Assembly: GCF_013004595.1 (NCBI RefSeq) | Contig: NZ_JABEMC010000006.1 | Span: 1 to 64,000 of the forward strand | Length of the DNA stretch: 64,000 bases | From: Brevibacterium luteolum | GTDB lineage: Bacteria; Actinomycetota; Actinomycetes; Actinomycetales; Brevibacteriaceae | Direction of reading: 5' to 3' | In this document: piece after piece, positions 9,852 to 21,594 of the stretch | How positions within the stretch are numbered: position 1 is the first letter of the stretch | Layout: each line of letters begins with the position of its first letter | Translations under genes and position numbers: made by a program | The notes under the pieces: generated by a model | Seen by the model: only the letters and a program-made list of their open reading frames with translations | Told to the model about the DNA's origin: nothing | The model's database searches: none

Positions 9852-10556
9852 GTGGCAGCAAGCATCATCTTCGACTTCGATGGCACTCTGGCGATCGGGC
9901 ATGGCCCTGTCCTGGCCTACGCCGACGAAGCCGCCGCATTCGCCGGCGCGGATTTTCGCTCGCGCGTCGATGAAGCACTTGCGGACTTCGACTCCGGCGA
10001 CCGCACCTACCGCGACGGTTATGACATCGTCGGCTCGCTGGCTGCAGCTGATGGAGTCGATGAGGACACGCTGTCCGGTGCGTATCGACGCAGTCGGGTG
10101 AAGCTCGGCACCGCCGATGCACCCGTGAGAACCATCGAGGACCTCGATGGCTTCCTGGCCGCGCTCGCACCGCACGCCGAACTCACCCTGGCGACCAACG
10201 CCCCTGAGCAGAGCATCCATCAGGTGCTCGACTCCTGGGGAGTGCGCGAGCGCTTCGACGCCGTGCACTTCAACGTCGGCAAACCCCTGGGGCTCGTCGA
10301 CATCGCCCGGCATGCTTATGTGCGCGGTCCTGTACTCGCCATCGGCGACATCGTCGAGTTCGATCTCGCGCCCGCCTGGGCGATGGGCGCAGACACCGCC
10401 CTCGTCGGGGCGACCGCGTTCGACAGTGCAGCTCCCGTCACCATGCGCGGAAGCTCGCTGGCCGATCTGCGCGATGGAATCCTCAATTGGGCTCGGGCCC
10501 ACTCCGCGTCAGTTTCCTCCACTCCACTGCAAACCAAAGAAAGCAGGCTGTCATGA
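9852..10556 (+). CDS. HAD superfamily hydrolase/phosphatase
   Basis: FDFDGTL motif I, ATN motif II, GKP, IGDIVEFDL motif IV. AAGGAG RBS. Confidence 0.88.
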   Translation: MAASIIFDFDGTLAIGHGPVLAYADEAAAFAGADFRSRVDEALADFDSGDRTYRDGYDIVGSLAAADGVDEDTLSGAYRRSRVKLGTADAPVRTIEDLDGFLAALAPHAELTLATNAPEQSIHQVLDSWGVRERFDAVHFNVGKPLGLVDIARHAYVRGPVLAIGDIVEFDLAPAWAMGADTALVGATAFDSAAPVTMRGSSLADLRDGILNWARAHSASVSSTPLQTKESRLS

Positions 10557-11542
10557 TCCGTCCTCTGCTCGCTTCCACCGCAGCACTCGCCTTTGCCGTC
10601 ACCGCAGCAGGCTGCGGTTCGGCCTCCAGCGCATCCGACAACCCCGACTCCATCACGATCTCGCTCGTCCCCTCCATTCAGGGTGAAGATCTTGCTGAAG
10701 CCCTCGACCCGCTGACGAAGTACCTCAGCGAAGAGCTCGACATTGAGGTCAACGGAGTCGTCGCCAACGACTACGCCGCCACCGTCGAAGCCCTCGGCTC
10801 GGATCAGGCGCAGGTCATCATCACCGATGCTGGCTCGATCTACAACGCCATGAACCAGTACAACGCCGAGCTCATCCTTCGCGACGTCCGGTTCGGAGCC
10901 ACCTCCTATGCCTCGATGGCCGTCACCAACGACCCTGACAAGTACTGCGAAGACGAGCCGGTCAAGGCGACGTACCAGGCGGCAGATGCCGAGCTGACGT
11001 ACTGCAACGGCCTCGAAGAGGCCGGTTCCACCGCCTCGGGACAGGGGCCGAAGGGTCTCGAAGCTCTCAAGAAGGCCAAGGGTGCGAAGGTCGCAGTCCA
11101 GGCCACCACCTCGCCAGCGGGCTACCAGTACCCGGTCGTTGCGATGAAGGAACAGGGCCTCAATCCTGACTCCGATATCGAGCAGATCCCGGTCGAGGGC
11201 AACAACAACGCCGTCATCGCTGTGGCCAACGGAGATGCCGAAGTCGGGTTCGCCTTCTGGGACGCCCGCTCAGAGGTGCTCCAGGAGACCCCGGACATCG
11301 GCGATAAGGCGGTCGCTTTCGCCTACTCGGACATGATTCCCAACGGCGGAGTTGCTGTGGCCCAGGATCTGCCAGAGGACCTCAAGAAGAATCTCACCGA
11401 TCTGATGGACAACTACGCGGATTCCTCCGATGAGGCCAAGACCGTCATGCAGGATCTCGTCAACCTCTCCGACTGGACCACTGAGCTGGAAGAAGACCAG
11501 ATTCAGCGCTACGGCGAGATCCTCGAGGAGTTCTCGCAGTGA
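10553..11542 (+). CDS. phnD: phosphate/phosphite/phosphonate ABC substrate-binding lipoprotein (PhnD-like)
   Basis: Lipobox AAGC, DYAATVEALGS, TSPAGYQYP, IPNGG. Confidence 0.82.
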   Translation: MIRPLLASTAALAFAVTAAGCGSASSASDNPDSITISLVPSIQGEDLAEALDPLTKYLSEELDIEVNGVVANDYAATVEALGSDQAQVIITDAGSIYNAMNQYNAELILRDVRFGATSYASMAVTNDPDKYCEDEPVKATYQAADAELTYCNGLEEAGSTASGQGPKGLEALKKAKGAKVAVQATTSPAGYQYPVVAMKEQGLNPDSDIEQIPVEGNNNAVIAVANGDAEVGFAFWDARSEVLQETPDIGDKAVAFAYSDMIPNGGVAVAQDLPEDLKKNLTDLMDNYADSSDEAKTVMQDLVNLSDWTTELEEDQIQRYGEILEEFSQ

Positions 11543-11587
11543 TCATTCTGCCGTCCCAGACGCGGCACCTGAAGAAGGGCATTCTGC

Positions 11588-12445
11588 ATGCACTCTGATG
11601 CAGGCCGTGCGGCGGCCGGAAGCAATCCGGCCGCCGCACCGTGGCATATCGAACTCGACAACGTCTCCGTGACGTATCCCAACGGCACGCGCGGGCTGCG
11701 CAATGTGTCGATGAGCATTGCTCCCGGTGAAATCGTCTCGATCGTCGGTCTTTCCGGATCGGGCAAGTCGACCCTCATCCGCACGATCAACGGTCTCGTC
11801 GCCGCATCAGAGGGCACCGTGCACGTCGGTCCGCACGAGATCACCTCCATCAGCGGTTCGGCCCTGCGTCGAGCGCGCGGCGGAATCGGCATGATCTTCC
11901 AGGGCTTCAATCTCGCCGAGCGCACCTCCGTCATGGACAACGTACTTGTCGGACGGTTCGCCTATACGCCGTGGTATCGCAGCCTGTTCGGCCTGCACAC
12001 CCAAGCGGACCGGGACCTCGCGCTGCGCGCCCTCGACTCGGTCGGGATGCTGGAGAAGGTATGGAGCCGCGCCGGCGCGCTCTCCGGTGGGCAGAAGCAG
12101 CGGGTGGCCATCGCCCGCGCGCTGACACAGGAACCGCAGGTGATGCTCGCTGACGAACCGGTTGCCAGCCTAGATCCGCCCACCGCGCATGCGGTGATGG
12201 CCGATCTGCAGGGCATCAACGCCGAGCGGCACCTAACCGTGCTCGTCAACATCCACATGATCGACCTCGCCCGCCAGTACACGACCCGCATGATCGGGCT
12301 TCGCGCTGGAGAGATCGTCTACGACGGTCCAACCGCAGACGCCACCGATGCGGTGTTCGAAGAGATCTACGATCGTCCGATCCAGGCCCGCGACACCCTC
12401 GGCGACGAACCTGTCGACGCCGCCTCTTTGGGAGAGCATCCATGA
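11588..12445 (+). CDS. phnC: phosphonate-type ABC ATPase
   Basis: [28 protein letters not shown]. Confidence 0.88.
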   Translation: MHSDAGRAAAGSNPAAAPWHIELDNVSVTYPNGTRGLRNVSMSIAPGEIVSIVGLSGSGKSTLIRTINGLVAASEGTVHVGPHEITSISGSALRRARGGIGMIFQGFNLAERTSVMDNVLVGRFAYTPWYRSLFGLHTQADRDLALRALDSVGMLEKVWSRAGALSGGQKQRVAIARALTQEPQVMLADEPVASLDPPTAHAVMADLQGINAERHLTVLVNIHMIDLARQYTTRMIGLRAGEIVYDGPTADATDAVFEEIYDRPIQARDTLGDEPVDAASLGEHP

Positions 12446-13296
12446 GTTCCCAGCTCCCCGCCACAGCCCCGGCAAACGCATCTTCGGCGCCGTCAGCGCG
12501 TTCGACGCCAACCGTGCCGCCGAAGCCGCGCAACCACGTTCGGACAGCCTTCATCGCCGCGGCGTTCGTCGCATTCACCGTGCTTGCCTGCACACCGGCG
12601 ATCGGCGGGGTCGATATCGATCTGGGCGCCTTCGTCCAGCACTGGCGCAACGGCTGGAACAAGTTCGTTCAGCTGCTGCAGCCGAACTTCGCGTTTCTGC
12701 CGCGGACCGTCGGCCCGATGCTGGAAACTCTGCAGATGGCCATCGTCGGCGCTTTCGCTGCCGCGCTCGTTTCAGTGCCACTGACCCTGTGGGCCGCCAA
12801 ACCAACGAACCCGTCCTGGCCCGTGCGCACGTTCGTACGCACGGTCATCAATGTCATCCGCTCGATTCCAGACCTCGTCTACGCCTCAATCCTCGTTGTC
12901 ATGGTCGGCACCGGCGCCTTGCCTGGTGTGCTTACGCTCTTCCTCTTCGACATCGGCATCATCGTCAAGCTCGTCTCCGAGGCCATCGATTCTTCGGAGC
13001 ACGGGTACATGGAGGCCGGGCGAGCAGCCGGGGGAAGCCAGCTGCAGATCAACCGGCTGACGGCCCTGCCGCAGGTGATGCCTCTGTTCGCGAATCAATG
13101 GCTCTACGTCCTCGAGCTCAACGTCCGCATTTCCGCGATCCTCGGGCTCGTCGGCGCAGGCGGCATCGGCCGCCTCATCGAAGAACGACGCTCCTTCTTC
13201 CGCTATGACGATGTATCGGCGATCATCCTCGAAATCCTCGTCGTCGTCATCATCATCGAAGTCATCTCGAACCTGCTGCGCCGGAGGCTGGTATGA
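12442..13296 (+). CDS. phnE: phosphonate-type ABC permease
   Basis: METLQMA-like segment, [19 protein letters not shown]. Confidence 0.87.
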   Translation: MSSQLPATAPANASSAPSARSTPTVPPKPRNHVRTAFIAAAFVAFTVLACTPAIGGVDIDLGAFVQHWRNGWNKFVQLLQPNFAFLPRTVGPMLETLQMAIVGAFAAALVSVPLTLWAAKPTNPSWPVRTFVRTVINVIRSIPDLVYASILVVMVGTGALPGVLTLFLFDIGIIVKLVSEAIDSSEHGYMEAGRAAGGSQLQINRLTALPQVMPLFANQWLYVLELNVRISAILGLVGAGGIGRLIEERRSFFRYDDVSAIILEILVVVIIIEVISNLLRRRLV

Positions 13297-14153
13297 GCGC
13301 TCCAACCACCACCGCACGCCAGCCCGCCGCACACACGGCCATGCCGGAGGCACCGGCACGCCCCAGCCGTGGCCGCCAGACGATCATCACCGTCATCGTC
13401 GGCGTCATCATCCTTGCCGCTGCTTCCGGTCTGCGCATCGACTGGACAGATCTGGGCCGGGTGCCCGCGCAGGTCGTGCACTACCTGCAGCTCATGTTCG
13501 GCCCGCCAAACTGGGAGAAGCTGCCGCGTGCGCTCGAAGAGACGTGGCGTTCGATCTCCATGGCATGGGTCGGGGCGATCATCTGCGTGGTCATCTCAAT
13601 CCCGCTCGGCATGCTCGCCGCGCACGGCATCGGCCCGGCCTGGCTGAGGTTCGTGCTGCGCGGTCTCTTCGCCGTCATCCGCGCCGTACCCGAGGTGATC
13701 ATCGCGCTTCTGCTGCTCGCCGTCACCGGCCTGACGCCGTTCACCGGTGCACTCGCGCTCGGCATCGCCGGCATCGGCACCCAAGGCAAATGGGTCTACG
13801 AAACGATCGAATCAGTGCAGGACGGCTCCGCTGAAGCGGTTCGAGCCGCCGGCGGATCCACAGCGGAGGTGGCTCGCTGGGCACTCTGGCCAGCTGCGAA
13901 GGCATCGCTGCTGTCGTTTGCGCTCTATCGTTTCGAGATCAACATCAGAACCTCCGCGGTGCTCGGTCTCATCGGTGCCGGCGGCATCGGCAGCATGCTG
14001 TCGAACTACACCAACTACAGGCAGTGGGACACTGTAGGCATGCTGCTCATCGTCGTCGTCCTGGCGACGATGCTCATGGACACCATTTCCGGTGCCATTC
14101 GCCGCCGAATCATGGAAGGAGCCAAACCTCGTGGCATGGAACGGAGCTCCTGA
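13293..14153 (+). CDS. phnE: phosphonate-type ABC permease, second copy
   Basis: LYRFEINIRTSAVLGLIGAGGIG. Confidence 0.88.
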   Translation: MSAPTTTARQPAAHTAMPEAPARPSRGRQTIITVIVGVIILAAASGLRIDWTDLGRVPAQVVHYLQLMFGPPNWEKLPRALEETWRSISMAWVGAIICVVISIPLGMLAAHGIGPAWLRFVLRGLFAVIRAVPEVIIALLLLAVTGLTPFTGALALGIAGIGTQGKWVYETIESVQDGSAEAVRAAGGSTAEVARWALWPAAKASLLSFALYRFEINIRTSAVLGLIGAGGIGSMLSNYTNYRQWDTVGMLLIVVVLATMLMDTISGAIRRRIMEGAKPRGMERSS

Positions 14154-15003
14154 CACCCTGCCCAGCGTGCGCATCATGACGCTGGCGCCCTCCCTGCACC
14201 CGACCGAGCGACAGGTCGCCGAAGCGGTGCGCGCTGATCCGGCGGCCTGCATCGAGAACACCGCGCAGGAACTCGCGACCCGGGTCGGCGTCGGCCGCTC
14301 AACCGTCGTGCGCACAGCGCAGACACTCGGTTATGACGGGTATCCGCAGCTGCGGGTCGCTCTCGCACAAGAGCTCGCGCTCGGTTCCTCGGCCCACGCT
14401 GGAGCCGAGGTGACAAGTGGCTCTGCACTCGACCAGCTTCGTGCGCGGACTCAGCGGTTCGCCGCCCAGCTGCCGCATGCGATCTCGGCACTGACTGAGG
14501 AAGCGGTGGAACAGTTCATCACCGCCGTCGACAACGCCGACCGGGTGCTCGTCGTCGCCAATGGTCTCTCCAGCCCCCTCGGGCTCGACCTCGTTCTGCG
14601 GCTCACGGCGGCCGGACGTTCAGCCGAGCACTTCGCCGACCCGGTTGCTCAGCAGATTGTCGCCCGCCAGCTCGGCAGAGATTCAGTCTGCGTTGTCATC
14701 TCCGGCTCTGGGATCAACCGTTCGACGGTCGAAGCGATGCGCAGTGCACGCGACAGCGGGGCAACGGCAATCGCGCTGACATCGTTTGCCGGCTCCCCCG
14801 TCGCCGATCTTGCCGACGTGCTTCTGCTGCTGCCGTCTGACAGCGATAGTTTCCACGATGAGCTGCTGCACACCTCGCGGGCGTCTTTCATGCTGCTCAT
14901 CGAGAATCTCATCGACGTGTTCCACGAGCATCGCGGTGAGCGCGGCCGTGCGGCACGCACCCAGATGCTCGGTGTGCTCGGTGGCATGCTCCAAGAGGAG
15001 TGA
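14131..15003 (+). CDS. MurR/RpiR family regulator (HTH + SIS); start uncertain
   Basis: TERQVAE..TAQELA..VGRSTVVRTAQTLGYDGYPQLR HTH and VVISGSG SIS domain. Confidence 0.88.
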   Translation: MAWNGAPDTLPSVRIMTLAPSLHPTERQVAEAVRADPAACIENTAQELATRVGVGRSTVVRTAQTLGYDGYPQLRVALAQELALGSSAHAGAEVTSGSALDQLRARTQRFAAQLPHAISALTEEAVEQFITAVDNADRVLVVANGLSSPLGLDLVLRLTAAGRSAEHFADPVAQQIVARQLGRDSVCVVISGSGINRSTVEAMRSARDSGATAIALTSFAGSPVADLADVLLLLPSDSDSFHDELLHTSRASFMLLIENLIDVFHEHRGERGRAARTQMLGVLGGMLQEE

Positions 15004-15009
15004 GTCCGC

Positions 15010-16176
15010 TCAGCTGTGCAGCCGGATGAGCGAGCGGATCCGCTCCAATCCCGGTGTCGCCGGGCCATCTGCTGGCAGCTCGGTCAGCGCAGTAGTCGCC
15101 GCCTCCCGGGCCGCCTCTTCATCCAACTCTGCGCCGATGATGACGAGCGCACTGCCCTCACTCGGCCCGTCGGAGACGGCGGCGAAGACGTTCGGGCCGA
15201 CAGCCTGAACCACATACGAGCGCGTCCCGCGACCTGTCGGCACAGCGATGACACCCTTGGCCCGGTAGGCACCGGCCGGCAGGTTCTCCAACAGGTCGAG
15301 CACGGCATCGGCGTCGACAGCGCCGGGGACTTCGACGGTAACGGCGTGTGCATGGATGTGGTCGTGGACTGGGGTGTCCAGTTCGGCCAGCATCGCCTCG
15401 TCACGGGCGGTGTAAGCATCCATGAACAGCTCGTGCAACGGCAGCTCCCCCTGCTGCCAACTCTCTGCGCCGTCAGGTGACCGATCTGCTGTGGTGCCCT
15501 CCGCCTCGGGCGCGGGAGCCCCGTCGAAGAGCAGGTGCGGGTCGATGCGGCCGAGCACTGTGCCCAGCACCGCGGCACGCGGATTGCGGGCATGCACCCG
15601 GTCGCGGATGCGATCAAGACGGGCACCGCGTTCGGCTTCGGGAACGAGGTCGAGCTTGTTCACCAGCGCAAGGGTGACCGCGGCATAGCGGACCGGCGGG
15701 AGGTCGCCGTCGTCGATGGTGGTGAAGTGCTCGCAGGCGTCGATGACGTCGATGAGCCCGCCGAGGCGGAAGCGGCTGCGGCCCCAGCGGGAGATCATGC
15801 GGGCGAGGATGAGGGGTTCGGCGAATCCGCTGGCTTCGACAATGATCGCGTCGAGGGCGAGCGCGGGTGCGGCCATGGCGATGAGGGCGTCTTCCATGCC
15901 GCCGGCGTCGGTGAGGCAGCAGATGCAGCCGCCGGAGATCGAGACCGGTTCGTCTACCTGGCCGCTGATGAGTCCGGCGTCGACGTTGAGCTCGCCGAAG
16001 TCGTTGACGATGACACCGATGCGGGCGGCTGGATGGCGCAGCAGGTGGTTGAGGACGCTGGTCTTGCCGGCACCGAGGTAGCCGGTGAGCACGATGACGG
16101 GCACGGCGGCGCGGGCGTTCGGCAGCTGATCTGTCGCCGTTGTCCGCGGGCTGTTCGTCGTCTCCTCGGGTCGCAC
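15010..16176 (-). CDS. CobW/COG0523 GTPase metallochaperone
   Basis: GYLGAGKT, NDFGE, GCICC, EASG, NKLD, short His-rich HDHIHAH. Confidence 0.9.
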   Translation of the reverse strand: MRPEETTNSPRTTATDQLPNARAAVPVIVLTGYLGAGKTSVLNHLLRHPAARIGVIVNDFGELNVDAGLISGQVDEPVSISGGCICCLTDAGGMEDALIAMAAPALALDAIIVEASGFAEPLILARMISRWGRSRFRLGGLIDVIDACEHFTTIDDGDLPPVRYAAVTLALVNKLDLVPEAERGARLDRIRDRVHARNPRAAVLGTVLGRIDPHLLFDGAPAPEAEGTTADRSPDGAESWQQGELPLHELFMDAYTARDEAMLAELDTPVHDHIHAHAVTVEVPGAVDADAVLDLLENLPAGAYRAKGVIAVPTGRGTRSYVVQAVGPNVFAAVSDGPSEGSALVIIGAELDEEAAREAATTALTELPADGPATPGLERIRSLIRLHS

Positions 16177-16238
16177 GCTGTCCAGGGTAGTGTCCGCCAG
16201 CTGGTGAGGGGAATGCGGCTGGCGGCATATGTGCTGGG

Positions 16239-17477
16239 TCAGCGGCTGGCCATGCGGCAGATGGTGGCGGCGTAGTCGTCGAGGACGTCGAGGATGCCGC
16301 GGTGCTGCCAGACGCGGCCGCGCGCTCGGCCGGAGATCTCGGTCAGCACTCCGCGTTCGGTCAGCGTGGCCAGGGCGCGCAGCGCAGTCATCTCCCCCAG
16401 GCCGAGCCGGTTCATGATGTAACGGGTGTTGACCACCGGCTGTCCGATGAGGACGGGCAGGATCGTCCAGGCGGCGGCATCTGCGCGCAGGCCGGCGAGC
16501 TTGGCTCGGGAGTTCTCCAGTTCGGCTGCCAGGTTGTCGACGAGGTCTGCACCTGTGACGGCAGCCGTTCGGGCAGCGTGTGTGAAGGCGCGGATGATGG
16601 GGCCGGCGTCACCGAGGCGGTAGGCACCGAGGGTTGCGAAGTACCGGTCGATGTCGGTCAGCAGGCCAGCTGAGACCGGAACGGCAGTGGACGTCACCAA
16701 GCCGGTCCGGCGCAGCATTGCGTGGACCAAGGCCCGTCCGGTGCGCCCGTTGCCGTCCGTGAACGGGTGGATGGTCTCGAACTGGGCGTGTGCGACTGCC
16801 ACCTGAGCGAGCACAGGCAGATCCTCACGCCGGATGAATGCCGCAAGGTCCTCGACTGCGTCCGGAACCCGTGCGTGGTGCGGAGCGACGAAGTCCGCAG
16901 TTCGCGGGCCGGCATCTCCGCGTCCGATCCAGACCTGCTGTTCGCGGAAACGTCCCGCATCAACAGGTGCGAACTCGTGCTGATGGCGCATGAGCTCGGC
17001 GTGCATGCCGAGGATGTCCTCGGCTGTGATGTCGCCTGCAAGCTGGAGTGCGGTTTCCATCGCGTGCACATTGCCCAGCACGGTGACGGCGTTCGTCTTG
17101 TCTCCTTCGTGGATCTCGGCGAGCGCGAGCTGCTTTGCGGATGTCGTCAGCTGCTCGATCTGTGAGCTCGATGCTGATTCGGTGCGCAGCAGGATGGCGG
17201 TCATCGGGCCGAGTGCCGGGCTGTCTGTTCCGAGTCGCTTCTGTGCGTACGCGTCGAATTCGACGAGCTGCCGGGTCGCGTCCTCGATGTCGGCTGTCAT
17301 CTCACCGGCCATGTGGGGTTCCCAGCTGGCGATAGCGGCCGGAACAGTTGCGTCATAGGGACCTGTCTGGCGTCGAACCTCAACACGGGAGTACAGACCG
17401 GGCGCCCGAGGCACCCAGCCGAACGTCTCCGAAGAGACCGGGTCGATCGGTACGACCGTGTCCGAGGCTGACGACAT
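16239..17477 (-). CDS. Fic family protein with C-terminal HTH
   Basis: Canonical HPFTDGNGRTGR. N-terminal SSSQIEQ resembles the inhibitory helix. Confidence 0.92.
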   Translation of the reverse strand: MSSASDTVVPIDPVSSETFGWVPRAPGLYSRVEVRRQTGPYDATVPAAIASWEPHMAGEMTADIEDATRQLVEFDAYAQKRLGTDSPALGPMTAILLRTESASSSQIEQLTTSAKQLALAEIHEGDKTNAVTVLGNVHAMETALQLAGDITAEDILGMHAELMRHQHEFAPVDAGRFREQQVWIGRGDAGPRTADFVAPHHARVPDAVEDLAAFIRREDLPVLAQVAVAHAQFETIHPFTDGNGRTGRALVHAMLRRTGLVTSTAVPVSAGLLTDIDRYFATLGAYRLGDAGPIIRAFTHAARTAAVTGADLVDNLAAELENSRAKLAGLRADAAAWTILPVLIGQPVVNTRYIMNRLGLGEMTALRALATLTERGVLTEISGRARGRVWQHRGILDVLDDYAATICRMASR

Positions 17478-17483
17478 GATCTG

Positions 17484-17518
17484 ATCTTACCAACACTTAA
17501 GAGAATAAGTGTTGGTAA
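17484..17518. promoter_or_regulatory. 13-bp perfect inverted repeat overlapping the -10 of the fic gene
   Basis: TTACCAACACTTA-agagaa-TAAGTGTTGGTAA. Minus-strand TAAGAT at 17489-17484. Confidence 0.7.
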
Positions 17519-17562
17519 CGCGATAGCGTGCCCTCAGCTTGCCGTTCAGGACTGAATGACGA

Positions 17563-17595
17563 AAGCGGCCCACCCCGCTGAGGAGGTGAGCCGCT
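17563..17595 (-). terminator. terminator after nrdF
   Basis: Minus strand AGCGGCTCACC...GGTGGGCCGCTTT hairpin. Confidence 0.6.
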
Positions 17596-17605
17596 GAGCC
17601 AGGAA

Positions 17606-18628
<1,023 letters not shown>

Positions 18629-20791
18629 TCACAGCATGCAGGAGACGCAGCCGTCGACTTCCGTCCCCTGCAGGGCGAGCTGACGGATGCGGATGTAGTA
18701 CACCGTCTTGATGCCCTTGCGCCACGCGTAGATCTGCGCCTTGTTGACGTCGCGGGTGCTCGCGGTGTCCTTGAAGAACAGCGTCAGCGACAGCCCCTGA
18801 TCAACATGCTGAGTGGCCTCAGCGTAGGTGTCAATGATCTTCTCGTAGCCGACCTCGTAGGCGTCCTGGTAGTACTCCAGGTTGTCGTTGGTCATGAACG
18901 GAGCCGGGTAGTACACGCGGCCGATCTTGCCCTCCTTGCGGATCTCGATCCGCGAGGCGACCGGGTGGATCGACGAGGTCGAGTTGTTGATGTAGGAGAT
19001 CGAGCCGGTCGGCGGAACGGCCTGCAGGTTCTGGTTGTAGATGCCGTGCTCGGCGACCTGCGCCTTGAGCTCCTCCCAGTCCTGCGGGGTCGGGATGTGC
19101 ACCTCGGCGTCGGCGAAGAGCTGCGCGATGCGATCGGTGCGCGGCGTCCAGTCGCCCTTGATGTACTTCTCGAAGTACTCCCCTGTCGCGTACTTCGAGC
19201 GCTCGAAGCCCTCGAAGGCGCGGCCACGCTCCTTGGCAAGCAGCATTGAGGCGCGCACACAGTGATAGGCGACGGTGTAGAAGTACATGTTCGTGAAGTC
19301 CAGGCCCTCGTCGGAGCCGTAGTGGATGCGCTCACGAGCCAGGTAGCCGTGCAGGTTCATCTGCCCGAGCCCGATCGCATGCGACATGTCGTTGCCGCGG
19401 GCGATCGAAGGCACCGAGTCGATGTTCGAAGCCTCCGACACTGCCGTCAGGCCGCGGATGGCGGTCTCGACGGTGCGACCGAAGTTCTCCGAGTCCATCG
19501 TCATGGCGATGTTGAGGGAACCGAGGTTGCACGAAATGTCCTTGCCGACCTCGTCGTAGGACAGATCAGCATGGTAGGTGCTCGGCGAGGAGACCTGGAG
19601 GATCTCCGAGCACAGGTTCGACATGATGATCTTGCCGTCGATCGGGTTCGCGCGGTTCACGGTGTCTTCGTACATGATGTACGGGTAGCCGGACTCGAAC
19701 TGAATCTCTGCCAGAGTCTGGAAGAACTCACGGGCGTTGATCTTCTTCTTCTTGATGTGCGGATTGTCGACGAGCTCGTAGTACTTCTCGGTCACCGAGA
19801 TCTCGCTGAACGGCACCCCGTACTCGCGTTCGACGTCGTACGGGCTGAAGAGGTACATGTCCTCGTTCTTCTTCGCCAACTGGAACGTGATGTCCGGGAT
19901 GACGACGCCGAGGCTGAGGGTCTTAATGCGGATCTTCTCGTCGGCGTTCTCGCGCTTGGTGTCGAGGAAGCTGTAGATGTCCGGGTGGTGGGCGTGCAGG
20001 TACACGGCACCGGCACCCTGGCGTGCGCCGAGCTGGTTGGCGTAGGAGAAGGAATCCTCCAGCAGCTTCATGATCGGGATGACGCCCGAGGACTGGTTCT
20101 CGATCTTCTTGATCGGGGCACCGGACTCACGGATGTTCGTCAGGGCGAAGGCCACACCGCCGCCGCGCTTGGACAGCTGCAGAGCAGAGTTGATCGAGCG
20201 GCCGATCGACTCCATGTTGTCCTCGATGCGCAGCAGGAAACACGAGACGAGCTCGCCGCGCTGGCGCTTGCCGGCGTTGAGGAAGGTCGGGGTGGCCGGC
20301 TGGAACCGACCGGAGATGATCTCCTCCATCAGCTGGGTCGCCAGCTGCTCGTCACCGCGGGCGAGGAACAGCGCGACCATGACGACGCGGTCCTCGAAGC
20401 GCTCAAGGTAGCGCTTGCCGTCGAAGGTCTTGAGCGTGTACGAGGTGTAGAACTTGAACGCGCCGAGGAAGGTCTGGAAGCGGAACTTCTTGGCATACGC
20501 CTGCTTCGACAGCTTCTCGATGAACTCAAACGAGTACTGGTCGAGGACTTCCTTCTCGTAGTAGTCGTGCTCAACGAGGTAGTCGATCTTCTCCTTGAGG
20601 TCGTGGAAGAAGACGGTGTTGTTGTTGACGTGCTGCAGGAAGAACTGCCGGGCCGCCTGACGGTCGCGTGCGAACTGGATGCGTCCCTCGGAATCGTAGA
20701 GGTTGAGCATCGCGTTGAGCGCGTGGTAGTCGAGGTCGGTCTCCTCGCGGATGATCGCTTCTAGGTCGCGGTCTTCAACGGTTGTTGACAC
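18629..20791 (-). CDS. nrdE: class Ib ribonucleotide reductase alpha subunit
   Basis: [33 protein letters not shown]-terminal CVSC. GTG start. Confidence 0.98.
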   Translation of the reverse strand: MSTTVEDRDLEAIIREETDLDYHALNAMLNLYDSEGRIQFARDRQAARQFFLQHVNNNTVFFHDLKEKIDYLVEHDYYEKEVLDQYSFEFIEKLSKQAYAKKFRFQTFLGAFKFYTSYTLKTFDGKRYLERFEDRVVMVALFLARGDEQLATQLMEEIISGRFQPATPTFLNAGKRQRGELVSCFLLRIEDNMESIGRSINSALQLSKRGGGVAFALTNIRESGAPIKKIENQSSGVIPIMKLLEDSFSYANQLGARQGAGAVYLHAHHPDIYSFLDTKRENADEKIRIKTLSLGVVIPDITFQLAKKNEDMYLFSPYDVEREYGVPFSEISVTEKYYELVDNPHIKKKKINAREFFQTLAEIQFESGYPYIMYEDTVNRANPIDGKIIMSNLCSEILQVSSPSTYHADLSYDEVGKDISCNLGSLNIAMTMDSENFGRTVETAIRGLTAVSEASNIDSVPSIARGNDMSHAIGLGQMNLHGYLARERIHYGSDEGLDFTNMYFYTVAYHCVRASMLLAKERGRAFEGFERSKYATGEYFEKYIKGDWTPRTDRIAQLFADAEVHIPTPQDWEELKAQVAEHGIYNQNLQAVPPTGSISYINNSTSSIHPVASRIEIRKEGKIGRVYYPAPFMTNDNLEYYQDAYEVGYEKIIDTYAEATQHVDQGLSLTLFFKDTASTRDVNKAQIYAWRKGIKTVYYIRIRQLALQGTEVDGCVSCML

Positions 20792-21174
20792 AGTGAATCC
20801 AATCCTTTGTTGACTTTCTCGACGTCCTCGGGCATGCCGAGCAACTCGAAGTTGTACAGCAGCGGCACCTGGCACTTGGCAGCGACCTTGTAGGCCGCAG
20901 CGCAGTAGTACTCACCGAAATTGGTGTTGCCTGCGCCGATGACGCCGACGAGACGATTGCGGTTCTCCTCGACGTTGAGGAACTTGACGACTTGTTTGGG
21001 CACCGCTCCCCGGTTCTTGCCCGCCCCGTAGGTAGGGGTGATGAGCACGAAGGGCTCACCCACGATGGGAGTCGGCTCTTTTGTCAGCAGGGGAAGCCGC
21101 AGGCCGGGATGGTCCAGCTTGTTGACGAACTTGTGGGTGTACTCAGATCCACTTGAGTAGTAGACGACGAGCAC
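20761..21174 (-). CDS. nrdI: NrdI flavodoxin
   Basis: [25 protein letters not shown]. Confidence 0.96.
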   Translation of the reverse strand: MLVVYYSSGSEYTHKFVNKLDHPGLRLPLLTKEPTPIVGEPFVLITPTYGAGKNRGAVPKQVVKFLNVEENRNRLVGVIGAGNTNFGEYYCAAAYKVAAKCQVPLLYNFELLGMPEDVEKVNKGLDSLCQQPLKTAT

Positions 21175-21181
21175 GACTGCA

Positions 21182-21433
21182 TCACGAGGCCACGACAGAG
21201 GCAGCGGCTCCGCTGCCGGCGAGAGTCGCGATCTTGTCCGGGCGGAAGCCCGACCAGTGATCGCTGTCGGTCACGACGACCGGAGCCTGCATGTAGCCCA
21301 TTGCCTTGACGACATCGAGCGCACCGGGCTCCTCAGTGAGGTCGACGGCTCGGTAGTCGATTCCCCGCGAATCAAGCGCGCGGAAAGTTGCGGTGCACTG
21401 CACACATGCTGGCTTGGTGTACACGGTGATCAT
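21182..21433 (-). CDS. nrdH: glutaredoxin-like NrdH
   Basis: [12 protein letters not shown]...WSGFRPDKI. Confidence 0.97.
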   Translation of the reverse strand: MITVYTKPACVQCTATFRALDSRGIDYRAVDLTEEPGALDVVKAMGYMQAPVVVTDSDHWSGFRPDKIATLAGSGAAASVVAS

Positions 21434-21547
21434 GGCGTCTTCCTCCAGAGGAATTCGGTGTCTGATGCGGTGTTCTGATGGGCGGCCATCCGGTGCTCTC
21501 CCCGTCCTGACGGTGATCGGAGCTATCGACCCGCGCCGGCAGTTCAA

Positions 21548-21594
21548 CCACTAGATGTTGTGTCTGCCCACCAGCGTACCCCTAGATCATGTGT
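21548..21594. promoter_or_regulatory. tandem NrdR boxes
   Basis: CCACTAGATGTTGTGT (21548-21563) and CCCCTAGATCATGTGT (21579-21594), 31 bp apart. Both match acaCwAtATaTwGtgt. Confidence 0.85.

Noticed and set aside
19262..20764. Long antisense ORFs (this 500-aa one and many like it)
   Set aside because: They are typical high-GC shadow frames opposite well-supported genes.
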